Source of the DNA: Cyanophora paradoxa CCMP329
Lineage: Eukaryota; Plantae; Glaucophyta
Length of the DNA stretch: 64,000 nucleotides
Assembly: GCA_004431415.1 (NCBI GenBank)
Contig: QPMI01000420.1
Location: 1-64,000, forward strand
Direction of reading: 5' to 3'
Made by a program: the position numbers and the translations under genes. This document shows, one piece after another, positions 47,180 to 60,700 of the stretch. Each line of letters opens with the position of its first letter. Position 1 is the first letter of the stretch. The notes under the pieces are model-generated. The model was not told the DNA's origin, searched no databases, and saw nothing but the letters and a program-made list of their open reading frames with translations.

Positions 47180-50100
47180 GGGAGCAGCCCGCAGCCCGAG
47201 CGGTTCCAGAAGGCGGTCCTGGAGGCGGCGAAGTGCGGCCCCAAGGTCTGCCCTCCCTCGCGCAACGTGCAGCCTGCATGCACGTTTTCGTTGGTCCCAA
47301 GATCGCGATCGATATCACATCTAAAGCTCGACCTAGCCACCCTCGGGCCTCGTGCGCGTGGGTCATTAAACCCAGATCATGATCACTGCACCATTATGTA
47401 CATATGCAGGCCACACGAGCCTGCTGAGAGAGAGAAGGGAGCAGGGAGGAGGGATGAAGAGGGGGAGCAAGCAAATAGAAGAGTGCAAGGAAAGGGGGAC
47501 GGCAAGCACGAGGGCATGCTCGTGCAGAGAGAGCGCAGCTCACGGATTGCGCTGCCTTAGAGCCTCTCCTCCACCGGCACCCGGAGCCCCCCCTTCGCCA
47601 CCCTCCAGGCGCAGAGCGCCTCCTCCGGCCTGGGCTTGCGCCGGGCTTATCTGCATCTGGTCGGCGACTGTGGCTGTTGTGGGCCGGTCCTCTCTTGGGG
47701 AGTCGTCTTCAGCAAAGCTTGCCTGAGGAGCTGATCCCGCCGAGCCAGAGGCCACCGCCGGCGCCGGCGCTGCAGTGCAAATAAGAGATGATAATCAGCA
47801 AAATCATGCACGCATATCGACACGCACAGGGCTGCTGCGCTGCTGTGTGGGGGTCGCTTGCGTGATGAGCCCAACGATTCCGCGAATTGGGCTTGCGCAA
47901 TCCCGCGAATGCGCCGCACCAGGAGCAGGCCCGACTGCAGGAGTTGCCCCGATGATGTTCCGGAGTCCTGTCGCCCGTGCGTTCAACGGTTGTTAGAAAC
48001 ACAGAGAGCAAAAGTTGCGGAAGGCTGATGCAAGAGACCGCAAACAAACTGGCCATCGATCTCTCTCCGGAGCGCTTTCAGAGTACGCAACGGAGCATGA
48101 TCAGATCGAGAAGAAGCGAAGCAAGCTGGGAAGATCAAAGACATCGGCACACACCAGCTATTATTGCTTGCAGGCCTTTCAGCGGAGAAGCCGATCAGGC
48201 AAGCGCCGAAAGGCAGGAGAACGAGTGGCGCAAGAATCAACGCCATCCAATAAAAGAGATCGCCCCGACGCGGGTGCGCACCGGCCACTTCCTGCTCGTG
48301 TGCCGCGAGACGCCCTGCTTGCGAAGAGCCGATCAGGCAAACGCCGAGGGCAGGAGGACGAGTGGCGCATGAATCAACGCCATCCAATAAAAGAGATCGC
48401 CCCGACGCGGGTACGCACCGGCCACTTCCCGCTCGTGTGCCGCGCGAATACCTGTTTGCGAAGAGCCGATCAGGCAAGCGCCGAAAGGCAGGAGAACGAG
48501 CGGCGCAAGAATCAACAGCATCCACTAAAAGAGATCGCCCCGACGCGGGTGCGCACCGGCCACTTCCTGCTCGTGTGCCGCAAGACGCCCTGTTAGCGAA
48601 TCGAAGAGCCGATCAGGCAAACGCCGAGGGCAAGAGGACGAGCAACGCAATCCGGAAGGAAGAAAAGATATCACAGTTTCAGCGGGCAACGCACCGGCCA
48701 TTTGCCGATGACACGCTGTTCGGGAGAGCAAGGAGAGATCAGCTTGGGCCAACACGCGCAACGAGCGCGAGCGCCGTACCCTCAAGCTCGGCCATGAGAG
48801 CTGCTCAGAAAGCCGAGGCGTCAGTTTCGGGGTCGAGGGCGTTTGCCGGAGAGCGCACATTCTATTCGCAGGCGCTCGGCCGCGACGTGGCCCTCCAGGG
48901 TCGTTCGCGCTGCACCGGTGAGAGGCGTCAAGACCGGGACGGACCGGCGCCAGTTGTCGGCGTGGACGGAAGCACCTTGCTGACGGTCCATCCGAACGGT
49001 CTGTTTGGGGGATTGAGCCAAGGCTGGGTATTGCAGCTCTGCGGCAAAAATGCTTTGGGCGGTCGAGGTACTGGCGTCTGCGGGCATTAAGCGTCAGGCT
49101 AGGCAGTACCACCATCAAGCCTGTGCCCGCGCAACATGTAGATCCTCGGGCTCTTTCCTGGCTTTTTTATCCATCTGATAGCCGCGACCTGAGCTACCCG
49201 CCAGCCGCGCTGTGTCTGTCTGACGTGCCGGAGGACGCCGTTTGGCGGTCCTTCCGCTACGGTCCTTCCCCTTTATGCGCGTACCTTTCACGGTGGTTGT
49301 GCGTCGATTCCGCTAACGGGCAGAGATCGCGCGCTGCAGATGAGTTCAGTCGTCTTGTTCCGATTGCATTTGCTCCTCTTCTGTGCCTGAGGTCGTCAGC
49401 GGTACGCGAGAACCTCGGTCGGAAGTCACGTTGACTGCAGCTGACCCACCGCCGCGCAGCGGGTGGCGCGCCCGTGCCCGCGGCCGCCTCGCACAGAGGT
49501 TGGTCTCTGGACCGCGGCCCTTGAAACCGAGTCCCGGCGCCCGGAAATGCGTTCTCCCCTCGCGAAATATCCCACACGACGCACTGCCTCCCAGCCACTA
49601 CGTGCTTCACGGGCGGCGCACAATCTCCATAGCAGCAGCGACCAGCAGACAGTTCGCAGCCACCTGACGCGGCGCCTGACGACGGAGGAGGCGCGCGCGG
49701 AGAAGGAGGAGGCGACGCGGCAGCCCGCCACCGATCGCGAGGCGAGTGACCGAGGCTAGGGCAAGGCTCAAGTTGAGTTCCCCGCCGAAGAGAGAGAAAG
49801 AGCGAACTCGGAGTTGGCTGCAGCCCTTTCAATTACTCCTGATGCACGATCTCCCCACCAGAGAGGAGAGTGCCGCAAGACGACGCGTATGCGACACGCC
49901 TGGTTCAGCGCGCGGCAGGCCTGATGGCTTCCAGCTACAAGGGCGACGCACGCGCGTGCGGTACGCGAGCTCGAATCGGCGACAGCTGTCCCCTCGTAGC
50001 CCAATCCGTTCACATCGCTGAAATTCTCCGCCCAGTGGCACCGGCGTCTGGGAAGCTGGTGCAAGGTGGTCCGCGGCCCGCGGCTGGCCCTCCCCCGCAG

Positions 50101-51529
50101 CGGCTGGCCCCTCCCGACGCCCCCTGATCTCATGGCACTGGCGAGCGCGGCGGACAGCGGACGGCTTACTCCGCCGCCTCCTCCGCCGCCGGCTGGCGCG
50201 CCAGCGCTCTACCCCGCGCCTTCTCCTCGGTGCGATCCCTTGATTCCCGTACCCCGCTGCACTTCTAATGGAGCCGACCGCAGCCCGAGCGGGTCCGGGA
50301 GGCGGTCCTGGAGGCGGCGAACTGCGGCGCCGAGGTGCGCCCTCCCTCGCGCCCCCCGCGGGGGAACGGGACGGCTCAGCGTACCCCCCTTCTTGTCTCT
50401 CCCCCCCCCTCCTCTGCCTCGCAGGTCGTTCTCGTTGGGGACGCCCCCGCCGCCGGCGCGCTGCTCCGCGCCGGACTCCGCCGCCTGACGCCGCGTACCC
50501 CTTCCTCATCTCCTCCGCCCGGGGTACGGCGTTCTCGAGCTCTGCGGTCCCTCGCTCCCCCGCCCGATGCGCTCACTGGAGCACTGCAGGGGCGGACGCC
50601 GGCCCCCAGTGGGTCGACGCGGAGGGGTACGCCGGCGCCCGCTCCCGCACGGGTACGCCCTCGCGCGTCCGGGCCGTCCGCGGGGAGGAGGGCGAGCGCC
50701 TGGCCGCGGCTTGCATTGCGGACGATCCGATGATCTTAAGGGCGGCGTCGAGCGGCTCGCGCGCTATCCATAGCTATAGCTTCTTGCTCACTAATGTGCG
50801 CTCACTAATGTGCGCTTACCGCTTCTTCCGCAGAAAAGCGGAATGGTCGATCGCTCCGTGGCTTGGCACATCTGGGAGATGTCCACTGTGGCGTATTCCG
50901 GAAGTTCGAAGTCGAGCATCCCGCTGTCCATGATGTCGCCGAAGGAGGCTCCGGTGCTTCCCTGCGAGAAGAGAATGCGGCTCGGGTCCAAGTACATGTA
51001 CTCGAAAGTCGGCCGGATCATGCAAATGAGCATACCGTGTTCGGGCGCGTAGAGCTAACCCAAAACAGCTCGCTGGCGCTCCGGAAAGCCTGTAAACTTG
51101 TAGATCAATCATCCGCGCAACGACTGCGGCGCGGCCGAGTCGCGCCGAGCGGCGCCGGCGGCGCACGAGACGAGAGCGCGCACGGCGGTTATCGGATGGC
51201 CAGCTGACAGGTTGGCGGAAACGCTTCGCCCCGCGCAGCTGGACCCCCTAGCTGGCTCCTGCGCATGCGATGTTGGACCGCCGCCCCTAGGGCCTAGACG
51301 CGCAGTGCTTGCTTTGTGTCGTAGGAGTTCGACCGAAATGCCGGGCGGGTGTACAGGTGTACCCGGCGGCCGGTCCCGCGAGCCCGTCCCCGGGGGAAGC
51401 AACAGAACCGGGAAAACCGGCGGCCTCTGGCCTGTCCTCAGCGATTCGAAGCGGTATAATAGGTCGGCCACTTCGTCTGGAGTCGCGCGCGGTGCTGGCG
51501 GAGCAGCGTCGCGGATCGCTCGGCCAGCG

Positions 51530-53342
51530 ATGAGGGCGCCCGCGGGCGGCGGCGCGCTGGCGCTGCTGCTCGCGGCTTCGGTGCTGCTGGCGTGGTTCGC
51601 GGCGCCCGCCGCCGCGATCAAGGCGCACTCGTACGCGTGGAGCCACGTCCTGAACGAGAAGCCCGTGCTGGTGCGGACGGCGGGGCCGTGCCCGTGCCTC
51701 GTTTCGTACTTCGTGGAGGCGAGCCCGTTCAGCGTGCGGGCGGCGCTCGTGCTGCTCAGCTCGGGCGCGTACGAGAAGTTCGTGGCGGGTCAGCTGCGCC
51801 CCGACGAGCCCGGGCAGGAGACGGTCGTCGTGGAGAGCTCCGGGACGCTCGCGCGGGCGGAGGACTTCCGGCAGGCGGCGGTGCCCGACGGCGAGCACCT
51901 CTTCGTCGTCCTCGCGCCGCTGGCCACGGGCTACCTCCCCGTCCGCGTCCTCGTCGACATCGTCCCCGCCGGTCCGCTCGATGCGCGTGCGCCGCGCGCC
52001 TCGGATCGGCTCGAGCTCGATCGGCGCAGACGGCGGGTCGGTGACGCTGCCGCCGGGCCAGGCGCTGGTGCTGAGCAGCGCGCGGGCGTGCCCGTGCGCG
52101 GCGGCGAACCAGCTGGCGACCGACGCCGACCCGAAAGACCTCGTCGTTGCGTTCCTGGACGACGACGGCCTCGCGGCGGCGCTCGGCGGCTCCGGCGCCG
52201 GCGCCGGCACCCTCGCCCTCGCCCCCGTCGCCGGCTTCTTCCCCTCGGGCGCCGCGCGCAGCGCCGCGGCGGACGTGGCGGCGGTGCGGCGGGTGCGGGA
52301 GCGGGCGCTGAAGGGGGCGGCGGGGACCGTCGGGCAGCGGATGCACGCCGTGCTCGTTAACCTCTCGCCGAGGCCCGCAGCCGCCCGGGTCGCCCTCGCC
52401 ATGGCCGGCTCCCGTGCGCGCCAAGCCCGCCTGCGCGCCCCGCTAGGACCGAATCGAAGATTTAACGCCCGCGCAGATCCGCCAGAGGTCGAGTTCGCGA
52501 CGGGGGCGCCGACCTCGGGCGGGCCCGTCGCGATCGTGGGGCGCCACTTCGGGTCCCGGCAGGACCTCCTGGGCCAGATCGCCGTTGGCGGCCGGCCCTG
52601 CGCCTCGCCGCAGCTGTTGCTCCCGGGGCACCTCCTCCGCTGCGACGCCGCCCCGGGTACGGGGTTCGCCCTCGACGTCTCCGTGACCGTCGCCGGGATG
52701 AGCTCCGGCGCCACCGGCCGCCGCCGCTTCTGGTACGACGGTCAGTGTACCCCCTGCCTCCAAGAACGGCGTACCCCAGCACTGAACCCTGCGGCAGGCC
52801 CCTACGTCTCGAACGTGACCTCGGCCCCGCGGTCGGGGGGTACCGTGACGATGCGGGGCGGCAACCTCGGGGCGGGGGGTACGGGCGGCGAAGTCGCGGC
52901 CTGCATCGGCGGGCGCCCGTGCGCCAACGCGCGCGTCTCCGTACCCCACAGCGAGGTCCCTTTCCCCGCCTCCACCCCCACCCCCCGCGGACCGCACCGA
53001 GCTGTACCCCAGATCGTCTGCGAGGCACCCCTGGGTTCGGGATCCGGCCTGGACACCGTGGTCTGCGTGGGGGGTAGGCCCGCCGACTTTGACAGCGCCG
53101 GTGCCTTCGCGTGCGGCTCATACCCCCGTGCGGCTTCTTTCCCCCACCCCTACCACCGCCCTCTCACCCTCCCCGCAGCGGCGAAGAGCGCGGCGGACGG
53201 CCGCCGGTGGGCCGTGCTCGTTTCAGACGACCCCGCGGCCGACTCCGCCGCCGCCTCCGCCGCCGGCTGGCGCGGCCGCGCCATTCCCCGCGCCTCCTCC
53301 TCGGTGCGATCCCTTGATTCCCGTACCCTGCTGCACCTCTAA
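51530..53342 (+). CDS. IPT/TIG protein, unit 4
   Basis: Paralog of unit 1. Confidence 0.68.
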
Positions 53343-53476
53343 GGGAGCAGCCCGCAGCCTGAGCGGGTCCGGGAGGCGGTCCTGGAGGCGGCGAAGGGCG
53401 GTCCTGGAGGTGGCAAAGTGTGGCGCCGAGGTCTGCCCTCCCTCGTGCACCCTTCGCAGGGCGTAGCACTCTGGTA

Positions 53477-56400
53477 GGGACTCAGAAAAAACGGAGCCAA
53501 GTCCCGAAACGGGCCTAAATCCGGGTACAGGAAATCGGCCGGCAAGGCGCGCGAGCTCGCTCCAGGCGCACGATGCTGCAAGCCGGAGCGAAGAATAGCA
53601 AGACGCGACCCAAGGGAAAAGTAGTCGAGCCTTCCCGGCGCGACCACTTCCGCGAGCTCCGCCTTCGCGCCCTCGGTGCCCAGCCAGAGAATTCCGAAGG
53701 GCAGCTTTTGCCGGATTCAGCGCAGATCGAAGGTATGAGACAGATGTAGCATCTTTCTCTGCAAGAGGCTAGGAAGCACGCGTTCGGATTCTGAACGCTG
53801 ACCAGCCGAACCTCAGGTCCTCCCGAAGCGCCTCCCGGCGGTCCTGCGGGCGCTCAGCAACTGCAATATGGTCCAGAGCCGCGTGCGTGCTCAAGAATGG
53901 AGCCCCCGCGACGCCCGGGGCCGTTCGCCTGGCGTGGCGTGTGGCGGGGCGGGCGGCGGCGCGGCTCGGGCGGGCGGCGGCGCAGCTCGCGACATAACGG
54001 GGCCACGACGGGCGGGGCGCCGCCGCCCGCCGGCGCCACCTAAGGTTGGAAGACCCTAACTTGATCCAAGAACACGTTTTGTCTGCTTAGAGTCGCTGAT
54101 CGGCTCCTCCTCGCAGAACCAACGGCCTCACGCGGTCTCGGCGCTAAGCTTACACGTGTGGACGGAGCGGCACCCCTGCAGCAGCAATGTAGCGCGCTTC
54201 TCCTGATGTAGGCGCGCCGGCCCGCCCCCTTCGGCGCGTCCTCGGCGCCCTCGCGGGCCCTCGCGCAGGCCCGTGCCCGCAGGCTCCCACTCCGGAAGCT
54301 CCGGCCGGCTCCGCTGCGGCCGCCGCGCCCCGCCCCGCAACCCCGCGCGCTTCTCCTGATGTAGGCGCGCCGGCCCGCCCCCTTCGGCGCGTCCTCGGCT
54401 CCCTCGCGGGCCCTCGCGCAGGCCCGTGCCCGCAGGCTCCCACTCCGGAAGCTCCGGCCGGCTCCGCTGCGGCCGCTGCGCCCCGCCCCGCAACCCCGCG
54501 CGCTTCTCCTGATGTAGGCGCGCCGGCCCGCCCCCTTCGGCGCGTCCTCGGCGCCCTCGCGGCCCTCGCGCAGGCCCGTGCCCGCAGGCTCCCACTCCGG
54601 AAGCTCCGGCCGGCTCCGCTGCGGCCGCCGCGCCGCGCCCCGCAACCCCGCGCGCTTTTCCTGATGTAGGCGCGCCAGCCCGCCCCCTTCGGCGCGTCCT
54701 CGGCGCCCTCGCGGGCCCTCGCGCAGGCCCGTGCCCGCAGGCTCCCACTCCGGAAGCTCCGGCCGGCTCCGCTGCGGCCGCCGCGCCCCGCCCCGCAACC
54801 CGCGCGCTTCTCCTGATGTAGGCGCGCCGGCCCGCCCCTTCGGCGCGTCCTCGGCTCCCTCGCGGGCCCTCGCGCAGGCCCGTGCCCGCAGGCTCCCACT
54901 CCCTCGCCCTCCCTCCCTCCCTCGCCATTCGCCCCCCCCCTGCCCCCTCCCCCCTCCCCCCCCCCCCCTCTCTTCTCTTCCCTAGCCCACCTCCCGGGCC
55001 CCATGTCTTGTCACCGCACCGATTTGAACCAAGCTAGCTGATCTGCAGACTGAGCACGCGGGGGCCGAGGGCTCGAGGGGGGTGCGGGGCTCGGTATTCG
55101 AACTCCGAGCGGGCTACAGAGCATGCGGGATCTCTAAATAGCAACTGAATGACTTGTATTCGGAGTTGCAGAAGCTGGCTGCGAATGGGCGGGGCGAAAT
55201 GACGCTGGGAGCAATAGGGGGCCCTCTTTACCGCGAATCTTGAATACCGGTTCAGGCTTTAATCGGCTGGCCGCGAAAACGCGCCCATCGTCACGGCGTC
55301 TTCGGAACCCTCGAAAACCCCCATCTACTAGGCTACACCCTTTCCGATAATTCGGGTTTTCGTCGAGTGCAAACCGCCGATGTCATGTGGTGCAAATCAT
55401 CATGGCATCTTCATGATCATCATGTTCATGACCGAGTCGCGGATCGCGCCGTCTCCGCGTATCGACCTGGCACTGCGGCATTAAGCAGCCACCGTGGCCC
55501 CCCAGTGGCACCCTATTTTGATGCTTCTGATTCCAAATAAGAGGTTTCAGAAGCTCGAGATGAGCCGGTGCGTTCACAGCAGGCCGCCAAATTTGAATAC
55601 TTTCCGCTGCGCAATGCACTTCCCGGACCTCCCAACCGGCGCACAGCATGCCACGGACATTCTATATCGATTAGAGATGAGTATATAGGCCGCGAAGCCC
55701 CCAGCGCCGCTCCGCGGGACGGCGCGCGCGAAAACTGCCCCGCTGTGCCGAAAGCGACCATCGCGCTGCATGTTTACTGCACATTTAGATAAAGAATCAT
55801 CTTAGCGACCTCCGCGCATCCTCATGCGCGGGAATAGGGGAGGCGCAGAGGAGCGCGGTGGCCCAGAGGGTTCTCCAGGGGAGATTCCGGGCCCGCGCTC
55901 CTCGCCGGCCGCGGCGCCGGACGCAGCGCTCGGCGTGTGGATGGGCCATGCCAAGACGCGCACGGGAAGCCGCGCGGAGACGCCCGTCGCCGCCGCTGTG
56001 CCGAGAAAAGAGGACCTGAAGGAAGGTCACTGAGAAATCATGTACCCCCCGGTAGGGGTACGCACCGCTTGCCCGTACCCGTCGCCGTCGGGCCGCGCAA
56101 GTCCGGCGGTCCGGCGCGCCTCCGGTGGCCCGGGTCGGGTCGGGAGGTCCGTCCTAGGGAATAGTGTCAGAATTATGTCAGAATAAGGTCAGGTGGAGGG
56201 CATTCAGAACCGGGCGTTCTAGAAGCACGTCGCAGCGCGCATTGAAGAGTTATTTGAGATTATGCAAAGAGCTTAAGAGCGGCGCCGCGGCCTGGCGAGC
56301 GCGCACCAGAAAAGCGCGGAGCTCCGCAGCCGTTTCGCGTGGGGAGCTCGCCTGTTAAATCTGAGCAAGCAGAACTCGAGATTAGATGCAGACTAGTGCG

Positions 56401-57770
56401 CGGGATAAGAGAACGCGCCCGGCGCAGCGATTCCCGTGGCCCAGCGACCCGGCAACGGTGCCAGGAAGTCGTCTCTAAAAGTGATCTGCCGGACCGGAGA
56501 ACATGCTCGTTTAACTCGTATTGAAGCCCTTTGTAAGCCTACGTGGTCGGCCGAAAGTTGATTCTCCCTCCCCTAGGGACCCCTCGGACCTGGTCGAGTA
56601 AGGCGACGTCGAGGCCGCCTAGCGTAGAAGAAGCCGCCGGCGAGGGGGGAAGGAGCGGCGGAGGACCCGCTCCCGCGCGGTCGTTTCGCGAGCATCTGAG
56701 GCATGGATCACGGCAATGCGCAGCGATTGGGCGGGAGCGCACGGGTGCGGCCGCGCGACCATCAGACTGCGGCGGGGGTCGGCGCTCGGGCGCAGCGCGG
56801 CAGCGGGCGCGGCTCGCCTGCGACAGGATCAACCGGAGAGATGTTGCAGAGCGTTGCGCGTGCGCGGTGCGTCGTCCGCCTTCGACGGTGCAAGCAATCC
56901 GCACGCAGCCGGCCGTCCTGTGCGAAACAGCGTCAGGACGAGCCCTAAGCATGAGCGATCCTTCAATCATCCTTTTCTGCGCGATGAACGACGGGAGGTG
57001 CCGCACCTGGGCGCGCAGCTGTCGGTTGTCCGAGGTGCACCGAGGCAGTGAGCCGAAGAGGCGCGCGGGCGCCTGCAAAAGGAGCCCGGGACGCTGAATC
57101 CGGCGGCTGTATGCTATCTACGCCGGAGAAGATCGCCGGTGGAAGGTTGGCTGACGAATACAACGTGCCGCGCGGCTGCAGCTGGCCGCTAGGACGCGCG
57201 GACCGCAAACCCGCATGGTGGGACAGCCGAGAGGCTCTCCGTGGCAGCAACAGGTTCAGTAGCTATCGGGAAAGGCTCCTCACAGGCGATCGGCCTGCGC
57301 GTTCGTCAGCGGCAATGTTGCGTGCGACCGACTGTCGCCCGCGACCTAACCCAGCGCACCAATAGTGTCTTGCAGGCAGGGAGATGCCGCCGCTGCTCGC
57401 TGGGCGCCCGCGCTACGAGGCTTGCGCAACGCGGCCGCAGGGCGGTGCGGGTCGGCAGGCGGGGAGTGTCTCGCGGCATTCCAGAAAGATCTTGTATGCT
57501 ATACTATCACTTCTGGAGGCTTTGCAATCGCCTGCTGATCGGCACGCCGCTCCAGAGGCTATCCGAAGGTGCCGGTCGCGTGCCGACCGCCCGAAGCTCA
57601 CACCGCTCGCCCGGGGACGCGGAGAGTTGCGATCCGGGTATTGTCGAACTAGATAAGAACGTTTGGCATGCTGTCGAAGCCGGGGCACGCGTGCTCGAGA
57701 TCCTGAGATTGCAAAAAGCTGGCCGTTTTATAATAATGTATCCCCCCTAACTCCGGTTTTTCAGAGTCCC
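53477..57770. mobile_element. 4.3-kb non-autonomous TIR element flanked by TA
   Basis: GGGACTCAGAAAAAACGGAG (53477-53496) and CTCCGGTTTTTCAGAGTCCC (57751-57770) are inverted with 18/20 matches; absent from the other units. Confidence 0.7.
54193..54902. repeat. GC-rich minisatellite, ~152-bp unit, ~4.7 copies
   Basis: CGCGCTTCTCCTGATGTAGGCGCGCC recurs every ~152 bp. Confidence 0.9.
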
Positions 57771-60700
57771 TACCGGAGGAATGGGACGGCTCAGCCTCGG
57801 TCCGCATCGGCCCGCGCCACGCCGCCCTCATGGCCTCGTGCACAAATGCCGACGTGCCGGCATGCGATAGCGAGGGTGGAATGCAGCCCGCAACGAGCTC
57901 ATCGGCCGGCAACGGGAGCGCGCGGGGCAGCGGCGCGGCTCGCCGGCGCCAGGCGGGCCGGAGACGTGGCGGGCGCAGGCGGGGCTCATTGGGCAGGGCG
58001 GAGGCGCGGCGGGCGGCAACGTGGCTCACCGGGCCGGGCGGTGGCACGGCGGGCGGTGGCATGGCTTTCTGTTCGGGATGGGGCGTGGCCGCTGCGGGCG
58101 GCAGCGCAGCGCACCGGGCGCGGCATCGCGGCTCGCCGGCTGGGGCAGAGGCGGGAGACGTGGGTTCGCCTGGTTTGACGGGTGGGGCGGAGGCGCGGCA
58201 GGCAGGGCGGCAGCGCGGCTGGCCGGGCGGGGCGGAGTCACGGCTGCCGGCGGCGCGGCGGGCGGCGGCCCGGCGGGCGGTGGCGTGGCTCGCCAGGCGG
58301 GTGGAGGCGCGGCGGGCGGCAGCGGGCTGGCCGGCCGGGGCAGATGCGGCGGGCTTTTACTTCCACTTCGAATTCGATTTCGAATTTCCTGGCGGACCCG
58401 GGCCCAGGCCTCAGGGCCTACGCCGCCTAGCGAGCGCTACCATAGTACCTGCAGCCTGCAACTGCCATCTTTGTTGATTTAGACCCCACCTCCCACATCA
58501 GGCATCCTGATCATGAGACGACAGGGGCCCCGGGGCGGGGGCGATTTGAAGACCGCCATACCTAGTTTCATGCAGACTGATGCCATGATGCCATTGATGC
58601 CAGTCACTGAGTCACCCCGCCGGCGCTAGTGCCCGGCGGCCGCAGCACACGTGCTCAGTGAGCCATGGCCAAGCTATCATAGTATACAGCGTACTCCGGT
58701 ACATGAATTTCCGGAAGGCCTTGCAGCCTGCACGCACGTTTTCGCTGGTCCCAAGATCGCGATCGATATCACATCTAAAGCTCGACCTAGCCACCCTCGG
58801 GCCTCGTGCGCGTGGGTCATTAAACCCAGATCATGATCACTGCACCATTATGTACATATGCAGGCCACACGAGCCTGCTGAGAGAGAGAAGGGAGCAGGG
58901 AGGAGGGATGAAGAGGGGGAGCAAGCAAATAGAAGAGTGCAAGGAAAGGGGGACGGCAAGCACGAGGGCATGCTCGTGCAGAGAGAGCGCAGCTCACGGA
59001 TTGCGCTGCCTTAGAGCCTCTCCTCCACCGGCACCCGGAGCCCCCCCTTCGCCACCCTCCAGGCGCAGAGCGCCTCCTCCGGCCTGGGCTTGCGCCGGGC
59101 TTATCTGCATCTGGTCGGCGACTGTGGCTGTTGTGGGCCGGTCCTCTCTTGGGGAGTCGTCTTCAGCAAAGCTTGCCTGAGGAGCTGATCCCGCCGAGCC
59201 AGAGGCCACCGCCGGCGCCGGCGCTGCAGTGCAAATAAGAGATGATAATCAGCAAAATCATGCACGCATATCGACACGCACAGGGCTGCTGCGCTGCTGT
59301 GTGGGGGTCGCTTGCGTGATGAGCCCAACGATTCCGCGAATTGGGCTTGCGCAATCCCGCGAATGCGCCGCACCAGGAGCAGGCCCGACTGCAGGAGTTG
59401 CCCCGATGATGTTCCGGAGTCCTGTCGCCCGTGCTTTGTTAGAAACACAGAGAACAAAAGTTGCGGAAGGCTGATGCAAGAGACCGCAAACAAACTGACC
59501 ATCGATCTCTCTCCGGAGCGCTTTTCAGAGTACGCAACGGAGCATGATCAGATCGAGAAGAAGCGAAGCAAGCTGGGAAGATCAAAGACATCGGCACACA
59601 CCAGCTATTATTGCTTGCAGGCCTTTCAGCGGAGAAGCCGATCAGGCAAGCGCCGAAAGGCAGGAGAACGAGCGGCGCAAGAATCAACAGCATCCAATAA
59701 AAGAGATCGCCCCGACGCGGGTGCGCACCGGCCACTTCCTGCTCGTGTGCCGCGAGACGCCCTGTTTGCGAAGAGCCGATCAGGCAAACGCCGAGGGCAG
59801 GAGGACGAGCGACGCAATCCGGAAAGAAGAAAAGATATCACAGTTTCAGCGGGCAACGCACCGGCCATTTGCCGATGACACGCTGTTCGGGAGAGCAAGG
59901 AGAGATCAGCTTGGGCCAACACGCGCAACGAGCGTGAGCGCCGTACCCTCAAGCTCGGCCATGAGAGCTGCTCAGAGAGCCGAGGCGTCAGTTTCGGAGT
60001 CGAGGGCGTTTGCCGGAGAGCGCACATTCTATTCGCAGGCGCTCGGCCGCGGCGTGGCCCTCCAGGGTCGTTCGCGCTGCACCGGTGAGAGGCGTCAAGA
60101 CCGGGACGGACCGGCGCCAGTTGTCGGTGTGGACGGCAGCACCTTGCTGACGGTCCATCTGAACGGTCTGTTTGGGGGATTGAGCCAAGGCTGGGTATTG
60201 CAGCTCTGCGGCAAAAATGCTTTGGGCGGTCGAGGTACTGGCGTCTGCGGGCATTAAGCGTCAGGCTAGCCAGTACCACCATCAAGCCTGTGCATGCGCA
60301 ACATGTAGATCCTGGGCTCTTTCCTGGCTTTTTTATCCATCTGATAGCCGCCGGCGCGACCTGAGCTACCCGCCAGACGCGTTGTGTCTGTCTGACGTGC
60401 CGGAGGACCCCGTTTGGCGGTCCTTAATTCCGCTACGGTCCTTCCCCTTTGTGCGCGTACCTTTCACGGTGGTTGTGCGTCGATTCCGCTAACGGGCAGA
60501 GATCGCCCGCTTCAGATGAGTTCAGTCATCTTGTTCCGATTGCATTTGCTCCTCTTCTCTGCCTGAGGTCGTCAGCGGTACGCGAGAACCTCGGTCGGAA
60601 GTCACGTTGACGTACTGCAGCTGACCCACCGCCGCGCAGCGGGTGGCGCGCCCGTGCCCGCCTCGCACAGAGGTTGGTCTCTGGACCGCGGCCCTTGAAA

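Noticed and set aside
54040-55004. Repetitive proteins in three minus-strand frames
   Set aside because: Translations of the ~152-bp minisatellite; indels shift the frame between units.
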